DNA from: Cladosporium halotolerans
Lineage: Eukaryota
Direction of reading: 5' to 3'
Assembly (NCBI RefSeq): GCF_011745625.1
Contig: NW_027191521.1
Location: 1-38,175, forward strand
Length of the DNA: 38,175 nucleotides
Made by a program: the position numbers and the translations under genes. Below, one piece after another: positions 1 through 9,580 of this stretch (positions are counted from its first letter, which is position 1; every line of letters begins with the position of its first letter). The notes under the pieces were generated by a model that ran no database searches, was not told where the DNA came from, and saw only the letters and a program-made list of their open reading frames with translations.

Positions 1-813
1 GGAATAGATACTAGGAGCTATATACTATCGAATAAAGCTTTAAAATTAATAATAAAATAACTTTGTTTTTCTAAATCTATACCCATACTTCCTTATATAT
101 AATCTCCGCCCACATGTTCGTGTTCGAATGAGCTTCGGCGCTTTGTGATGTCGCCTGCGTCTTTTTGATATGCTCCGGATTTCGATCGATTCTTTTTATT
201 CCTTTGTCTAGTTTTCCGACTCGACTGTCTTTTCCTCCTAACTTTCTTCCACCTTCCTCTACTGATTTCCCCTCACCGCTATCTCCCAATTATCGTTCCC
301 CGATCTATATTGCGGCTTCTCCCGCCTGACGCCACTCCAAACCTCTCTCCTCTATCCTCTTACTATCACGGGTAGCGGCTCTAAACAACCCGAAGCGCCC
401 TCGTCATTCTCTATTCGACCTATGACGTTTTATCACCATCTGCCTAGCCTAAGCGCTCTCCCATTCCTTTCCTGACTCAAGCGGTCTCACATTTCTCTCC
501 CTGACTTGACTAGTCTCCTCTTTTTTTTTTTTTTCCCTTTCTTTCCTAACCTAAGCGGCTTTTTATTTTCTCTCTCATCTCATCAGCACGGTTAGCGGGT
601 CTGACCTTCATCTCTGAGCCCGCTGCTGACTCATCTTCGCGTTCACGCCCTGCTGACATAATACGTCCTCGTCGAATATAAACGACTTCTTTGACCGTAC
701 GTATCCATTCCGTTGTCTTGTACGTATGATTTGTTCATTCGGATACCGCCATCGATCCCCCACTCAAATCTCTCCGCCGTATAATAAATGAATGCCCGGC
801 CGATCTGACAACC

Positions 814-2847
814 CTATCCTTCGTCACCCTCTACCGGTGACCCCAAAAAATTAGCCATGTTTCCTGTTATCGCCGGCGGACCAAACGTCTCTTCCATGAA
901 CCTCCGAACCATGGGATTGCCTCCTCCAAGCCTGCCACGCTCCTGGAGTACGTCTAACCCGACTCTACTAACTACCTTCAATCCCCTCAGACCGCGTACC
1001 CGGGACAATGCCACGTAAGCCATCTGCGGCTCGAAGATGTGCTCTAGATTCACCACCGCTTTCTCTAGCGTCATCCCCTGCGACTTGTGAATCGTGATCG
1101 CCCACGCCGGGAGCAGTGGGATTTGCGTCCGCGCCACCACGCTGAACGGCGGCGGGTCTCCGAGCTCCGTGTCTTGACACACGGGGTACACCGGGACTTG
1201 CACCCCGTTCTCGAACCGAACGATGGGCAATGGGAACTCGGCCGCCTGCTGTTGGGTCCACGACACGATCTCGTGCTCTTCCAAATGACTGAACTCGCCT
1301 GACTCTCGCAGCCGACGTTCCCGCTGCTTCATCAGTGGCTTATGCGGCGAGTATCCCACGATGCGCCCTTGGCTCCCGTTGACCAGTCCCGCACCGGCGT
1401 CGATGTTTGCCAGCAGAATGACGGGCATGCCGAACTTGGTCTCCAGCAGCGGCGGGAAGCGATGTTCCCGGCAGCCCACCTTGTTGCCCTCGCCATCCTG
1501 CTCTTCCTTGTTTGCCAGATGCGGGTGGTGCGGCTGGATGTGCACGTAGTCCTGGCATTTGTACGCACGAACCGCCCCGTGGATCGCCTGGAAGCCTTCA
1601 TGGTTCTTCTGCTCGACCTCCCGTCGTACCGGAGAGAGCTCTACCGCCTCTCCCACATCCCCCTCCCGGCCGTCGAGAAGTGCCAGTTGGTGTTTATCCA
1701 GCTTGTCACCTATCCGAAGACTGTTCAGAATGCCGATAAACGCCGGGTCGCTCTGCCGATGCACTTCTGCCAGCGACACACAGTGGAAGTTGCACTCATC
1801 CCAGACCTCGCTACGGAATGGCCACTGATCATCTGTGCAAAATTCTTCTTTGCAGTGTGGACACTTCAACTGCTTCTGGAAACCCAAGCCGCAGCCCAAA
1901 CAACTCTCACGCGGCCGCGGATTTGACGGTTGCCGCGTATCCGTTTGTCTTCCCGGCGGCGGCTCGCACCCCTCGCAAAACAGTTTCGCTTTTAATTCGA
2001 CACCGCACTCGAAGCAAGTTTGGAACGCCTTGACGGGCGGCAGCTGGTAAAAATCGCCCGTCACGACGACTTGGATGCCACCGAACGGAACGTCATTCTG
2101 ATGTGCCGCACGACACGCCTGGTCCAACCGTCGGGATTGGTTTGACTCGAGCATGCTGATTTCGTCGATGATGAGTACGTCCGTGTCTTTTATCCTTTGA
2201 CGACGCTCCTTCGACATTGCCATGTGTCTGATCTCCTCGATCGTTTTCTTCACGACTCCGGGGTTCCATCCTGCGTAAGTGAAGTATGTACTTCCGCTGA
2301 CATTGAGCGCCGAGATACCAGTGGGGGTGACGACTTGAACCCGCCGGTGCCTCTTTCGCAGCTCTCTCACAATCGCTCGTAAGACTGTAGATTTGCCGGT
2401 CCCGGCTCCGCCCGTGTAGAAGACGTTTGCGCCTGAGAGTACCAGTTCGACGAGCTTCGATTGCTCTCTACAGAGCGTTGGATCCGAAAGCACTTTGGTG
2501 CGTGCGTCATCGACACTTGGACTTTCGTGATCGTCCTCGCTACCGTGCTGGCATTGCTGGCGGGGTAGATCTACGGCTTGGTCTGTTGGAGGTCGTCCAT
2601 CTTGCCCTTCTGTGTACTCACGCTTTCCTGGGTACTCCAATACAATGTCCAGTCCTTTACTCGGCGTCTGCTCAGCAACGACGGACGATTTTGCGTCGTA
2701 GAATTGTGCGTGCAAGCGCTCGCGTCGGTCGTGGGCTTCCTTCTGTCGGAGCACACGCCTGCGGTCCACGTCTGCGCGTGCTTTCTCTGACGGGCTGGCG
2801 TACTTTGCTGGTCTCCCCCTCTTTTTGGACGGGGGTTCGTCGAACAT
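814..2847 (-). CDS. PIF1-family SF1B DNA helicase with Cys-rich (four CxxC) insert; probable start MFDEPP at 2847 (ORF is open to 3009)
   Basis: Walker A GGAGTGKS, PTGISA, Walker B IIDEISM, PFGGIQVVVTGDFYQLPPV, HRQSD, GLVNGSQG, RTQIPLLPAWAITIHKSQGMTL and YVALSR. Intronless, with an N-terminal KKRGRP AT-hook-like motif. Confidence 0.93.
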   Translation of the reverse strand: MFDEPPSKKRGRPAKYASPSEKARADVDRRRVLRQKEAHDRRERLHAQFYDAKSSVVAEQTPSKGLDIVLEYPGKREYTEGQDGRPPTDQAVDLPRQQCQHGSEDDHESPSVDDARTKVLSDPTLCREQSKLVELVLSGANVFYTGGAGTGKSTVLRAIVRELRKRHRRVQVVTPTGISALNVSGSTYFTYAGWNPGVVKKTIEEIRHMAMSKERRQRIKDTDVLIIDEISMLESNQSRRLDQACRAAHQNDVPFGGIQVVVTGDFYQLPPVKAFQTCFECGVELKAKLFCEGCEPPPGRQTDTRQPSNPRPRESCLGCGLGFQKQLKCPHCKEEFCTDDQWPFRSEVWDECNFHCVSLAEVHRQSDPAFIGILNSLRIGDKLDKHQLALLDGREGDVGEAVELSPVRREVEQKNHEGFQAIHGAVRAYKCQDYVHIQPHHPHLANKEEQDGEGNKVGCREHRFPPLLETKFGMPVILLANIDAGAGLVNGSQGRIVGYSPHKPLMKQRERRLRESGEFSHLEEHEIVSWTQQQAAEFPLPIVRFENGVQVPVYPVCQDTELGDPPPFSVVARTQIPLLPAWAITIHKSQGMTLEKAVVNLEHIFEPQMAYVALSRVRGLRGLKVVSRVGLDVLQERGRLGGGNPMVRRFMEETFGPPAITGNMANFLGSPVEGDEG

Positions 2848-2933
2848 CGTTTGCCGCTGTTGGTATACGTTGTGAGTGAAGTAACGGCGAGACAACGGTG
2901 CCCCACAGGCGCCCGCAGCGGCGTCAACGCGAC

Positions 2934-3001
2934 CGCGAAATTCCAGGCTGGGCTTGGCGTTGACCGCGAAAACCCGATACAGCCTAGTTTCGATCGCGAA
3001 A
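2934..3001. promoter_or_regulatory. Three CGCGAAA (SCB/MCB-like) motifs upstream of the helicase
   Basis: CGCGAAA at 2934, 2965 and 2995, each preceded by GAC or GAT, at 31/30-bp spacing. Confidence 0.35.
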
Positions 3002-3228
3002 TTCGCCATAGGGCTGCCAGGGCGGGCGTGCGGTCACGTCTCGCGGTGGTCACGCTGCTGCAACGGATCGTCGGAAGGTCTTATGTTTACTTCATGTACC
3101 TTGGCCGTGGTGTGTTCACGATGTGACGTGCGCTTCGTTCCATATCCCCTCCTCGTTGCATCTTGAGGCGCAGGGATACCAAGTCCAGCGCATGGCTATT
3201 CCAGCTGTTTGATCCAACCCTGACGGAC

Positions 3229-6200
3229 CTACATGCCTCCTCTCTCTATCCACTGTTGCCATTCTTCTTTGCCCCACTTCGTCCAGGCCGGGAAGTCTCT
3301 CGGCCTTCCTCTTTGCCATCCTTTCCTCGCCCATTCCCACTTTTCCGATCGTCTATCGTCCTCCGCGCTGCGCTGGATTGAGTACCACATTCGCTTTCCT
3401 GTCTTGGTGGTCTGGAGAAGTGCGTTCCCGCAGGGGTATGGCAACACCCAGTGGTACTCGTAAAGCCATTCCCACAGTCTTGCCTGGAAAAGCCTCTTGT
3501 ACTGCCGGTTCCGGATCCTGACGCCCGTCCTCGCTCGTCGATACAACACCCTGAAAGGCCGGTCCTCCCAGTGCTCCCTCACCACCCCGTCGTCGAAGCC
3601 AAAAAGGAAGTGGCCCAGCCTGGATACTTGCTTGAACTCGGTCTTGTTGCCCGACATCAAGTAGCAGCCTCCGCTCATGATCTCGTCGACGTATTCGTAA
3701 CACAGACCTTTCTCTCCCTTGACTGCCTCTTCTCGCACTTCCTCTTTGACTTCGCCCTTCACTGCGCTCATGACGTCTAGCCGAAACTGCGCCAGACAGA
3801 TGTGTACCATCCACGACACGAGTCGATCACAGAGCCGTTCGTTGTTCCGATGCTCTCCAATCCAGTCCAACGCGAGCTCAAGCTGGCGACTGATGTCGAA
3901 AAAGCCTCTCGCCTGCCTTCCGCGACGGAGGTACTCGCCTTGTAGAGTCTTATTGCCAAAAAGCACATTGTCCGTCACGTCCGAACGAAACTGGAGAGCG
4001 TTCCAGTCTATACGGGGCTCCAACCAGCAGTACTTATGCATGGGAAGGGTGTTCTTGAAACCAAGACCGTACCAAAACCGCAAGCGCGGTGGATCGCCGA
4101 CCGTTCTCTCGCGCTTGCTGTGCCAGAGCGCACCCTCTTGTTGGAGCAAGTGACCTCCACACACGTATCTGAGACAGCGCAAAAACATCGCCATCATTTT
4201 CGTTTGCTCCCAGGTGGTGAAGTCCTTACGGCTACGGGCTTTGACAATCTCGAATCCGGCGGCGAATTTATCCACACTGCGCCACAAGAAGTCGACGTAT
4301 ACTTCAGTCCTGATGGCCCACGAGTAAGAAGGGCATTCATCCAGGAGCATTGCTGGCTGTCGTGCGCTCTCGGTGCGGAAGCGATCCATGATTCCCTGAA
4401 ACACAGCCCACGTTACGCGGTGCTCCTCGCGGATGCCGTACGACTTCTGTCGTGCGTCTCGTAGTGCACGATGGGTTCGTTGCTTGCTTGCTAAGTACCC
4501 CACCTCGACGGTTTTCGCGTCTCGACGCCCCCCTCCAAGTATGTTCCTTGTTGCGTTCCGGATGTTGGGATCTAGGGCGAGCTCTTCCATGGCATCATTT
4601 GCGAACGGGAAGCACTTGTTGGCGTCGTAGATCTCCTTGACCGAGTTGTAGAACTGGCTGTATATGAGGCCTCCCTCTCTGTGCTTCGACTTCTTTGGAG
4701 TGACGCTCGTTAGGGAACCTGTGTCGTAGAGCATGTTTTGCGTGTAGTACTGCTGTCCTTCGCCTTGGATTGGAGGGCGATCATCGTACAGCCACTTCAT
4801 ATACCTTTCTAGGCAACATCGCTTCCAAGCATACACTTGTGGTTCATCGTCCAGGTGTCGCTCTTGTCCCTTAATCAGGCTGCTCTGAGGACAGATCTCT
4901 TTCCCGATGTCGACATAGAGCCTGTCCAGCTCAACAAAGTCGAGGTCGAGATAGTCCTCGAGGAATGTTTCAAAGGATTGCATTGCGTCGCCCAGACTTG
5001 GCCGAGTATCGCTGGTCTTGAATTGCAACTTCGTGCCTTTTGAAGAAAAAAATATCTGGGGGTCTCTGAAATCTGCCAGGCCTGGGACGGTTGCGATCGT
5101 TGTCAATACATCATCCCAGACGTGATCCAAGTACTCCGGTTGAAGGTGGTACCCTACGGCACGCTTGGCTTTGTAGCTCTGCCCTCCGACTTGTCGGGTC
5201 TCGACATTGTGCGCTCGTGAGTTGTCGGAGGCCGTCTGGAAGCTTGCCGGAATGTGCTGCGTGTAGTGAGCCTTGTAGAACTTGTGGAGGGCCGGAAGAT
5301 ATATTCGGTCCGCCCATCGGGAGAGCTGTTCCTTGTTGAGAGACTTGAACTTCTCCCCGAGTATCGGAATATGTGGGAATAAGACGTAGACGGTGATGTC
5401 GTGGGCACCTTCGATGCGGCCGAGCATGAAGTGTGGGATGCGCTGTAGCATCGCAACCCTGGAGTGGTCGGCTCTCTCGGGGTCTACATTTGGGGTAAAC
5501 ATGCGGTCGCGGATGTGTACATCTGCATTGATGTTCTGCCTGGTTTGCGGCGCGATCTGGGACCACAGGCCTTTCTTCGCGAACGCAAGCGACGTTGCGA
5601 AACCAAGGAAACTGTCGATGTCGAATGCTACATCGGCGTCGGTCGCGCGACTCTGTTCTTCGTGTAAGCATAAGTTGATGGGATAGCGCTGTCGGCCGTG
5701 GGTCGGTATGCCACAGAATATGGACTTCCACTGGTCAGATGTCGGCCTCCTTTCTCGAGCGAGACGCTCGGGTGTGATCATTTCCTGCAAACCTAGGACA
5801 GACGGGAAGGTATCGTCGTTGAACATCTCTGCAAGACCGTGGTGGTTATCGCCTACGTCAATTAAATGTCGCCTGCGGTGTTCATCGTGCTCTTCCTCCG
5901 TGCAGCCGTGAAAGCCGTGCACTAGTTCTTCGTAAAGCTTCTGGACCACAAACTCCAAGGGTGTGACTTCATCATCCTCACTGTCTTCACTAAGCAACGA
6001 CGAATGCTCCGATTGGAAGCTGACGTGGGATTCACTGTCACTGCGGTTGTGCTCTAGGCTACGAAGCTGCTCTTGGCCGAGGAGATCCTCGCTTCCGACC
6101 TGGTGATCACTCAATTCTTCCACAGGAGGATTGACACTCCAGTCTTGGTCTACGTCGCTGATGGCATTGTCCACGAAGCCTTCGTCCCTGCCCGCTTGCT

Positions 6201-6840
6201 CTTGCTGGGTATGTGTAAGCCCCTCCAGATTCTCTGCGGATGGTCCATTATCATACGACTCGGGCTGTGGCTGTGCTCTACTTGGTCCAGCAATGGGAGA
6301 AGATATAACCGGGCCGTTGAGACTGCTACTCACACGTCGTGTCGTTCCGCTATCTGTGGCGGTCCTTGCTGGGAGCGACTGAAAGTGTCCCGTGAGTAAG
6401 GATCGATTTTGAGAAGCGTCCTTTGGTAATTGACTCGGCCTTGCAGCAAATTGTTTGAAGAACCCCTCTGGTAACATTCTCTGACGCGGTATATAGTCCT
6501 GGGCTCTTTCTTGTTCTTGGTACATATCATGTTGTTCGTCGACATCCGTCGCGTTCTGTTGCAACTCCACTTCAGCGCAATCTTGTGGAAAGCTCATTCC
6601 CTGGACACGGAGCCCAAGTTGCATTAATGTTGCTGCTGCATTTTCTTCGGCAGAGGTTGTAAGGTTTATTATTTGTTCGCCCTGTACGAGTTGCTCTGTC
6701 GACCTTGCCGTCGTTCTGTTGTTTCCTTCTCGTTGCCTTTGGCGGAGCTGACGTACGCGTTCCCGTGTCTGCGTGCGCCGGCGCTCAACAGCAGCATCTC
6801 TGCTGTCGTCAAGGACTGGCCGGCCGCGTTTAGATGTCAT
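3229..6840 (-). CDS. Large intronless hypothetical protein (1203 aa), probably mobile-element encoded
   Basis: Uninterrupted 3.6-kb ORF. N-terminal KRGRP and basic helix, low-complexity linker, His/Cys patch (HGFHGC..HDEH), then a ~850-aa aromatic-rich globular region. Family not recognised. Confidence 0.85.
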   Translation of the reverse strand: MTSKRGRPVLDDSRDAAVERRRTQTRERVRQLRQRQREGNNRTTARSTEQLVQGEQIINLTTSAEENAAATLMQLGLRVQGMSFPQDCAEVELQQNATDVDEQHDMYQEQERAQDYIPRQRMLPEGFFKQFAARPSQLPKDASQNRSLLTGHFQSLPARTATDSGTTRRVSSSLNGPVISSPIAGPSRAQPQPESYDNGPSAENLEGLTHTQQEQAGRDEGFVDNAISDVDQDWSVNPPVEELSDHQVGSEDLLGQEQLRSLEHNRSDSESHVSFQSEHSSLLSEDSEDDEVTPLEFVVQKLYEELVHGFHGCTEEEHDEHRRRHLIDVGDNHHGLAEMFNDDTFPSVLGLQEMITPERLARERRPTSDQWKSIFCGIPTHGRQRYPINLCLHEEQSRATDADVAFDIDSFLGFATSLAFAKKGLWSQIAPQTRQNINADVHIRDRMFTPNVDPERADHSRVAMLQRIPHFMLGRIEGAHDITVYVLFPHIPILGEKFKSLNKEQLSRWADRIYLPALHKFYKAHYTQHIPASFQTASDNSRAHNVETRQVGGQSYKAKRAVGYHLQPEYLDHVWDDVLTTIATVPGLADFRDPQIFFSSKGTKLQFKTSDTRPSLGDAMQSFETFLEDYLDLDFVELDRLYVDIGKEICPQSSLIKGQERHLDDEPQVYAWKRCCLERYMKWLYDDRPPIQGEGQQYYTQNMLYDTGSLTSVTPKKSKHREGGLIYSQFYNSVKEIYDANKCFPFANDAMEELALDPNIRNATRNILGGGRRDAKTVEVGYLASKQRTHRALRDARQKSYGIREEHRVTWAVFQGIMDRFRTESARQPAMLLDECPSYSWAIRTEVYVDFLWRSVDKFAAGFEIVKARSRKDFTTWEQTKMMAMFLRCLRYVCGGHLLQQEGALWHSKRERTVGDPPRLRFWYGLGFKNTLPMHKYCWLEPRIDWNALQFRSDVTDNVLFGNKTLQGEYLRRGRQARGFFDISRQLELALDWIGEHRNNERLCDRLVSWMVHICLAQFRLDVMSAVKGEVKEEVREEAVKGEKGLCYEYVDEIMSGGCYLMSGNKTEFKQVSRLGHFLFGFDDGVVREHWEDRPFRVLYRRARTGVRIRNRQYKRLFQARLWEWLYEYHWVLPYPCGNALLQTTKTGKRMWYSIQRSAEDDRRSEKWEWARKGWQRGRPRDFPAWTKWGKEEWQQWIERGGM

Positions 6841-7183
6841 TTTATTGTTGTGGTAGGGGCTTCAGTATAAGGTTTGGACAGAATGTATTATAGTTGCCTA
6901 TAATACTATCATAGTTCTACCCCAAAGCGACTCCCCTTTTCAGCGGGAATTGTAACGCTCTTGGCGGGGATTTCCTATTCCGGCCTCGAATTGTAACGCT
7001 CCGCTTCGAAACTCTAATAAAGTCGGTGATTTTGACAATAACATACATAACAACCAGAGCTAATATAAACGTTATAAAGACATAGGGCGATAGAACTATA
7101 CTTATTCTATATACTAGTAAAGTAAAACAAGATGTAAGTCGTATAATGAAGTCTAACCCTAGGAGTATAGATAGCCCGTGACG

Positions 7184-9086
7184 CGAAGTGGTGCTGGGAC
7201 GTCAACCACGAGCCTTCCACATTTTGGCAGGTCTCCGTGATTGGGTACTGAACTCGCAATCTCTCAAAGTGACTGAGCAATTTCTCGAAGGTCGGAAGCA
7301 CTTGCCAGACGGCACCGGATTTGCCACCGGCGGATCCCTGCAACAATTGCGTTGCGTCCTTGAGTGGCTTCAAGATTTCGTGATACCGCGCAATCACAGC
7401 CCATTCGTCGCTACTGAGCTTGTCGCGGACGATCGAAGGCTCCCTTCTAGCGATTCGTCTTCCGCTATCTTGTGTCCGGCGGACGTAGTTGTTCCAGCTG
7501 TCTTGCTCTCGCTGGACAAACTCGTCGATGGCGGGGCGTAGGTAAAGTGCCCGTGCAGCACTGTCGTCGAAGCTGTTCCATCTAGTAATGACACCCTTCA
7601 CGACCTGATACACTTCCCTCTTGCCCTCAGGTTGCGTTGGACCAATGAGCTCGCGCTGCAGTCCTACGAGCGTTTCCCAACGCTGAGATGATGCGTCCAG
7701 GTACACAAGAACGTTGTGGAGCTTGCCGATTGGCCCTCTCCTCCGCCATTCGACTAACTGTCGCTCTTCCAGCTGGAGATCTTCAACTTCGCGCTCGAAT
7801 GCATCGAAATCTTTGCCGAAAAGAACGGCCTGTCCGCAGAGGTTGAAAATGTGACCAACGCAGCGGAGCCATCGGCGCTGTGGGTCGAAGTGGAACTCTG
7901 TCCCTAAAAAGCCTAGCGCCTTTGCATTGTTACGTGCATTGTCGCTTATGAAATAGCCGACCTTGTTCTCAAGACCATAGTGGCAAATGATCTCTGCAAC
8001 GGTGTCGGCAATGTTCGAACCAGTATGCCGACCTTTTTGTCTTGGTAGGGCGAGTAAGATGCTTTTGGGGCAGCCTGCGTTGTCGATGAAGTGGGCGATG
8101 TCACAGACTACACCTTGACTCTAGGCTGTGCCAAGAATATGTCTTTTCCCATAAGACATTCACGCACGTGACCCACAATAATCGTACGATGGTTGCATGA
8201 CGAGCACTGCACAGCATATGTACGCGGATTCTTGTCCTACCTTGGGTCTGTCTTCTCTTTAGCTTTACAATTTGGGTAGATAGCCTAGTACTTTGTGAGA
8301 AACATCTTACTTGAGCCCGTGTCAGGCGACCAATCCAAGCAAAGCCAAACGATTCTTCGAGGTCCACAGATCGAAGGAAAAATTAATCTTCGTCGCCGCA
8401 GCTCCTAAAGCTTCAGTGACAGCACCCAGCTGCTTGTCATAGATCTCTCCAATTGTTCGGCTGACTGTCTGGTGTGAGGGCAAAAGCCGCTCGCATCGAG
8501 AACTGAGATATCGTAGTAGCGCATGGAATGGTGGAGACTCGACCTTGCGAAAAGAAACGTTGTCGGTGACTATCCAGCTGTAAAGCAGGGCTTGGAAAGC
8601 ATTGGATGAGAAGTCCTCGGGGCCGCTGCTCCTAGCACTCGAGTTGACATTACACGAGAGCGCGTCGGAAATTTTCACCTCTCTCGTCTGAGTGGTGAGT
8701 ATCGGGATTGGACCAGTTTCTGTAAGCTTGTGTCTTATTCTCTTGTGATCCAGAGCTGAGCTTGTTGACTTTTCGGTCCGGTACAAGCATCCCTTCAGAT
8801 ACCAGTGCTGATGGCAGACCTTGCAGAGCCAATATTCGTAATCAAATCCACCTACGATCCTCCACCCGTGCTTCCAGATCCAGGATACCTTCTTCTTGTC
8901 ATCGGTCGGCAGTCTGTATCCTTCAAGGCGCTTCCAATTTACTCCATCCGCCGGGGCCTTTCGCTTGAGCTGCTGAAACAGTGTCGGTTTCACGCTCGCC
9001 AAGTCATCTTTGCAAGAAGACGGCTCGGATGTGGCTTTCGAATCATGTTCATTGTTGCAGCGTGCAAAACCACTGTCGCCGTCCAT
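7184..9086 (-). pseudogene. hAT (Restless/Tfo1-like) transposase, split by a solo LTR and 3'-truncated
   Basis: BED-like finger (WLCKVC..H....H), FDLWTS, HTGSNIA, SDNA, RCVGHIFNL and TRWNS. The frame is continuous (LGLVA|HFID) once 8099-8324 and one TSD are removed. The C-terminal dimerisation domain is missing. Confidence 0.9.
8099..8324. mobile_element. Solo LTR, 226 bp
   Basis: TGTCAC...GTGTCA termini with 5-bp TSD GGCGA at 8094-8098 and 8325-8329. It interrupts the transposase frame. Confidence 0.9.
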
Positions 9087-9239
9087 GCTTTTATTGACTG
9101 TTGCTCTAAGTCGCGTGCGCGTCGCGACCGTTACGTGACGAGTCCCGCTGGAGCTCGGGGCGTGGGGAAAGTGGACGGCGCTACGGCCGAACCTCGACCG
9201 TCTCCAGTTTAGGTGGCTGCGCGCAAGCGCGCTCTAGCA

Positions 9240-9259
9240 TAAACCCCAACCCAACCCTA
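9240..9259 (-). repeat. Candidate 5' terminus of the hAT element (TAGGGTTGGGTTGGGG on the minus strand)
   Basis: hAT-like TAGGG start about 170 bp upstream of the transposase ATG. Partner TIR not found. Confidence 0.35.
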
Positions 9260-9580
9260 GCAGTGGTCTTCGCGATTGTACTTTGGCAAGACTTGCAAAC
9301 CTTGACCACACTTGCTTTGTTTACTTGATCACGTGGTCAAGGGGGATATCCGTTGCTTTGTTTGTTTGGACAAACAAAGGGGGCAAAGGCTTTGTCACTG
9401 CTTTGTTTGTGGACCAGTCTGGATGAGGCTCTGCGGGCTCGTCCGGCCGAAGGAGCCTTACCCCAAACAGGGAGATACCCTTGAGTCGCAAGGGTTGGGG
9501 TTCTCCGCTGCCAAAGTGATGCTCAGGGAAACACAGTCCAATTAAAATTCTTGATTGTGTCATTCACTGGACGAATCTGC

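Noticed and set aside
1..800. Short ORF 77-289, T-run at 521-534 and possible gene relic
   Set aside because: Stop-riddled and TA-enriched (RIP-like) with no recognisable domain; no TSD found for the T-run.
2848..3009. N-terminal extension of the helicase ORF (MANFAI...)
   Set aside because: It overlaps the motif-rich promoter-like tract; the ATG at 2847 gives an N-terminus parallel to the partner gene.
814..6840. Canonical Helitron or Starship captain
   Set aside because: No HUH/Y2 Rep motifs, no fused Rep-Hel, no hairpin-CTRR end identified, and no tyrosine-recombinase R-H-R-H-Y pattern recognised.
9240..9260. Interstitial telomere repeat (AACCCC/AACCCT)
   Set aside because: Only about 3 imperfect units; more consistent with a hAT terminus.
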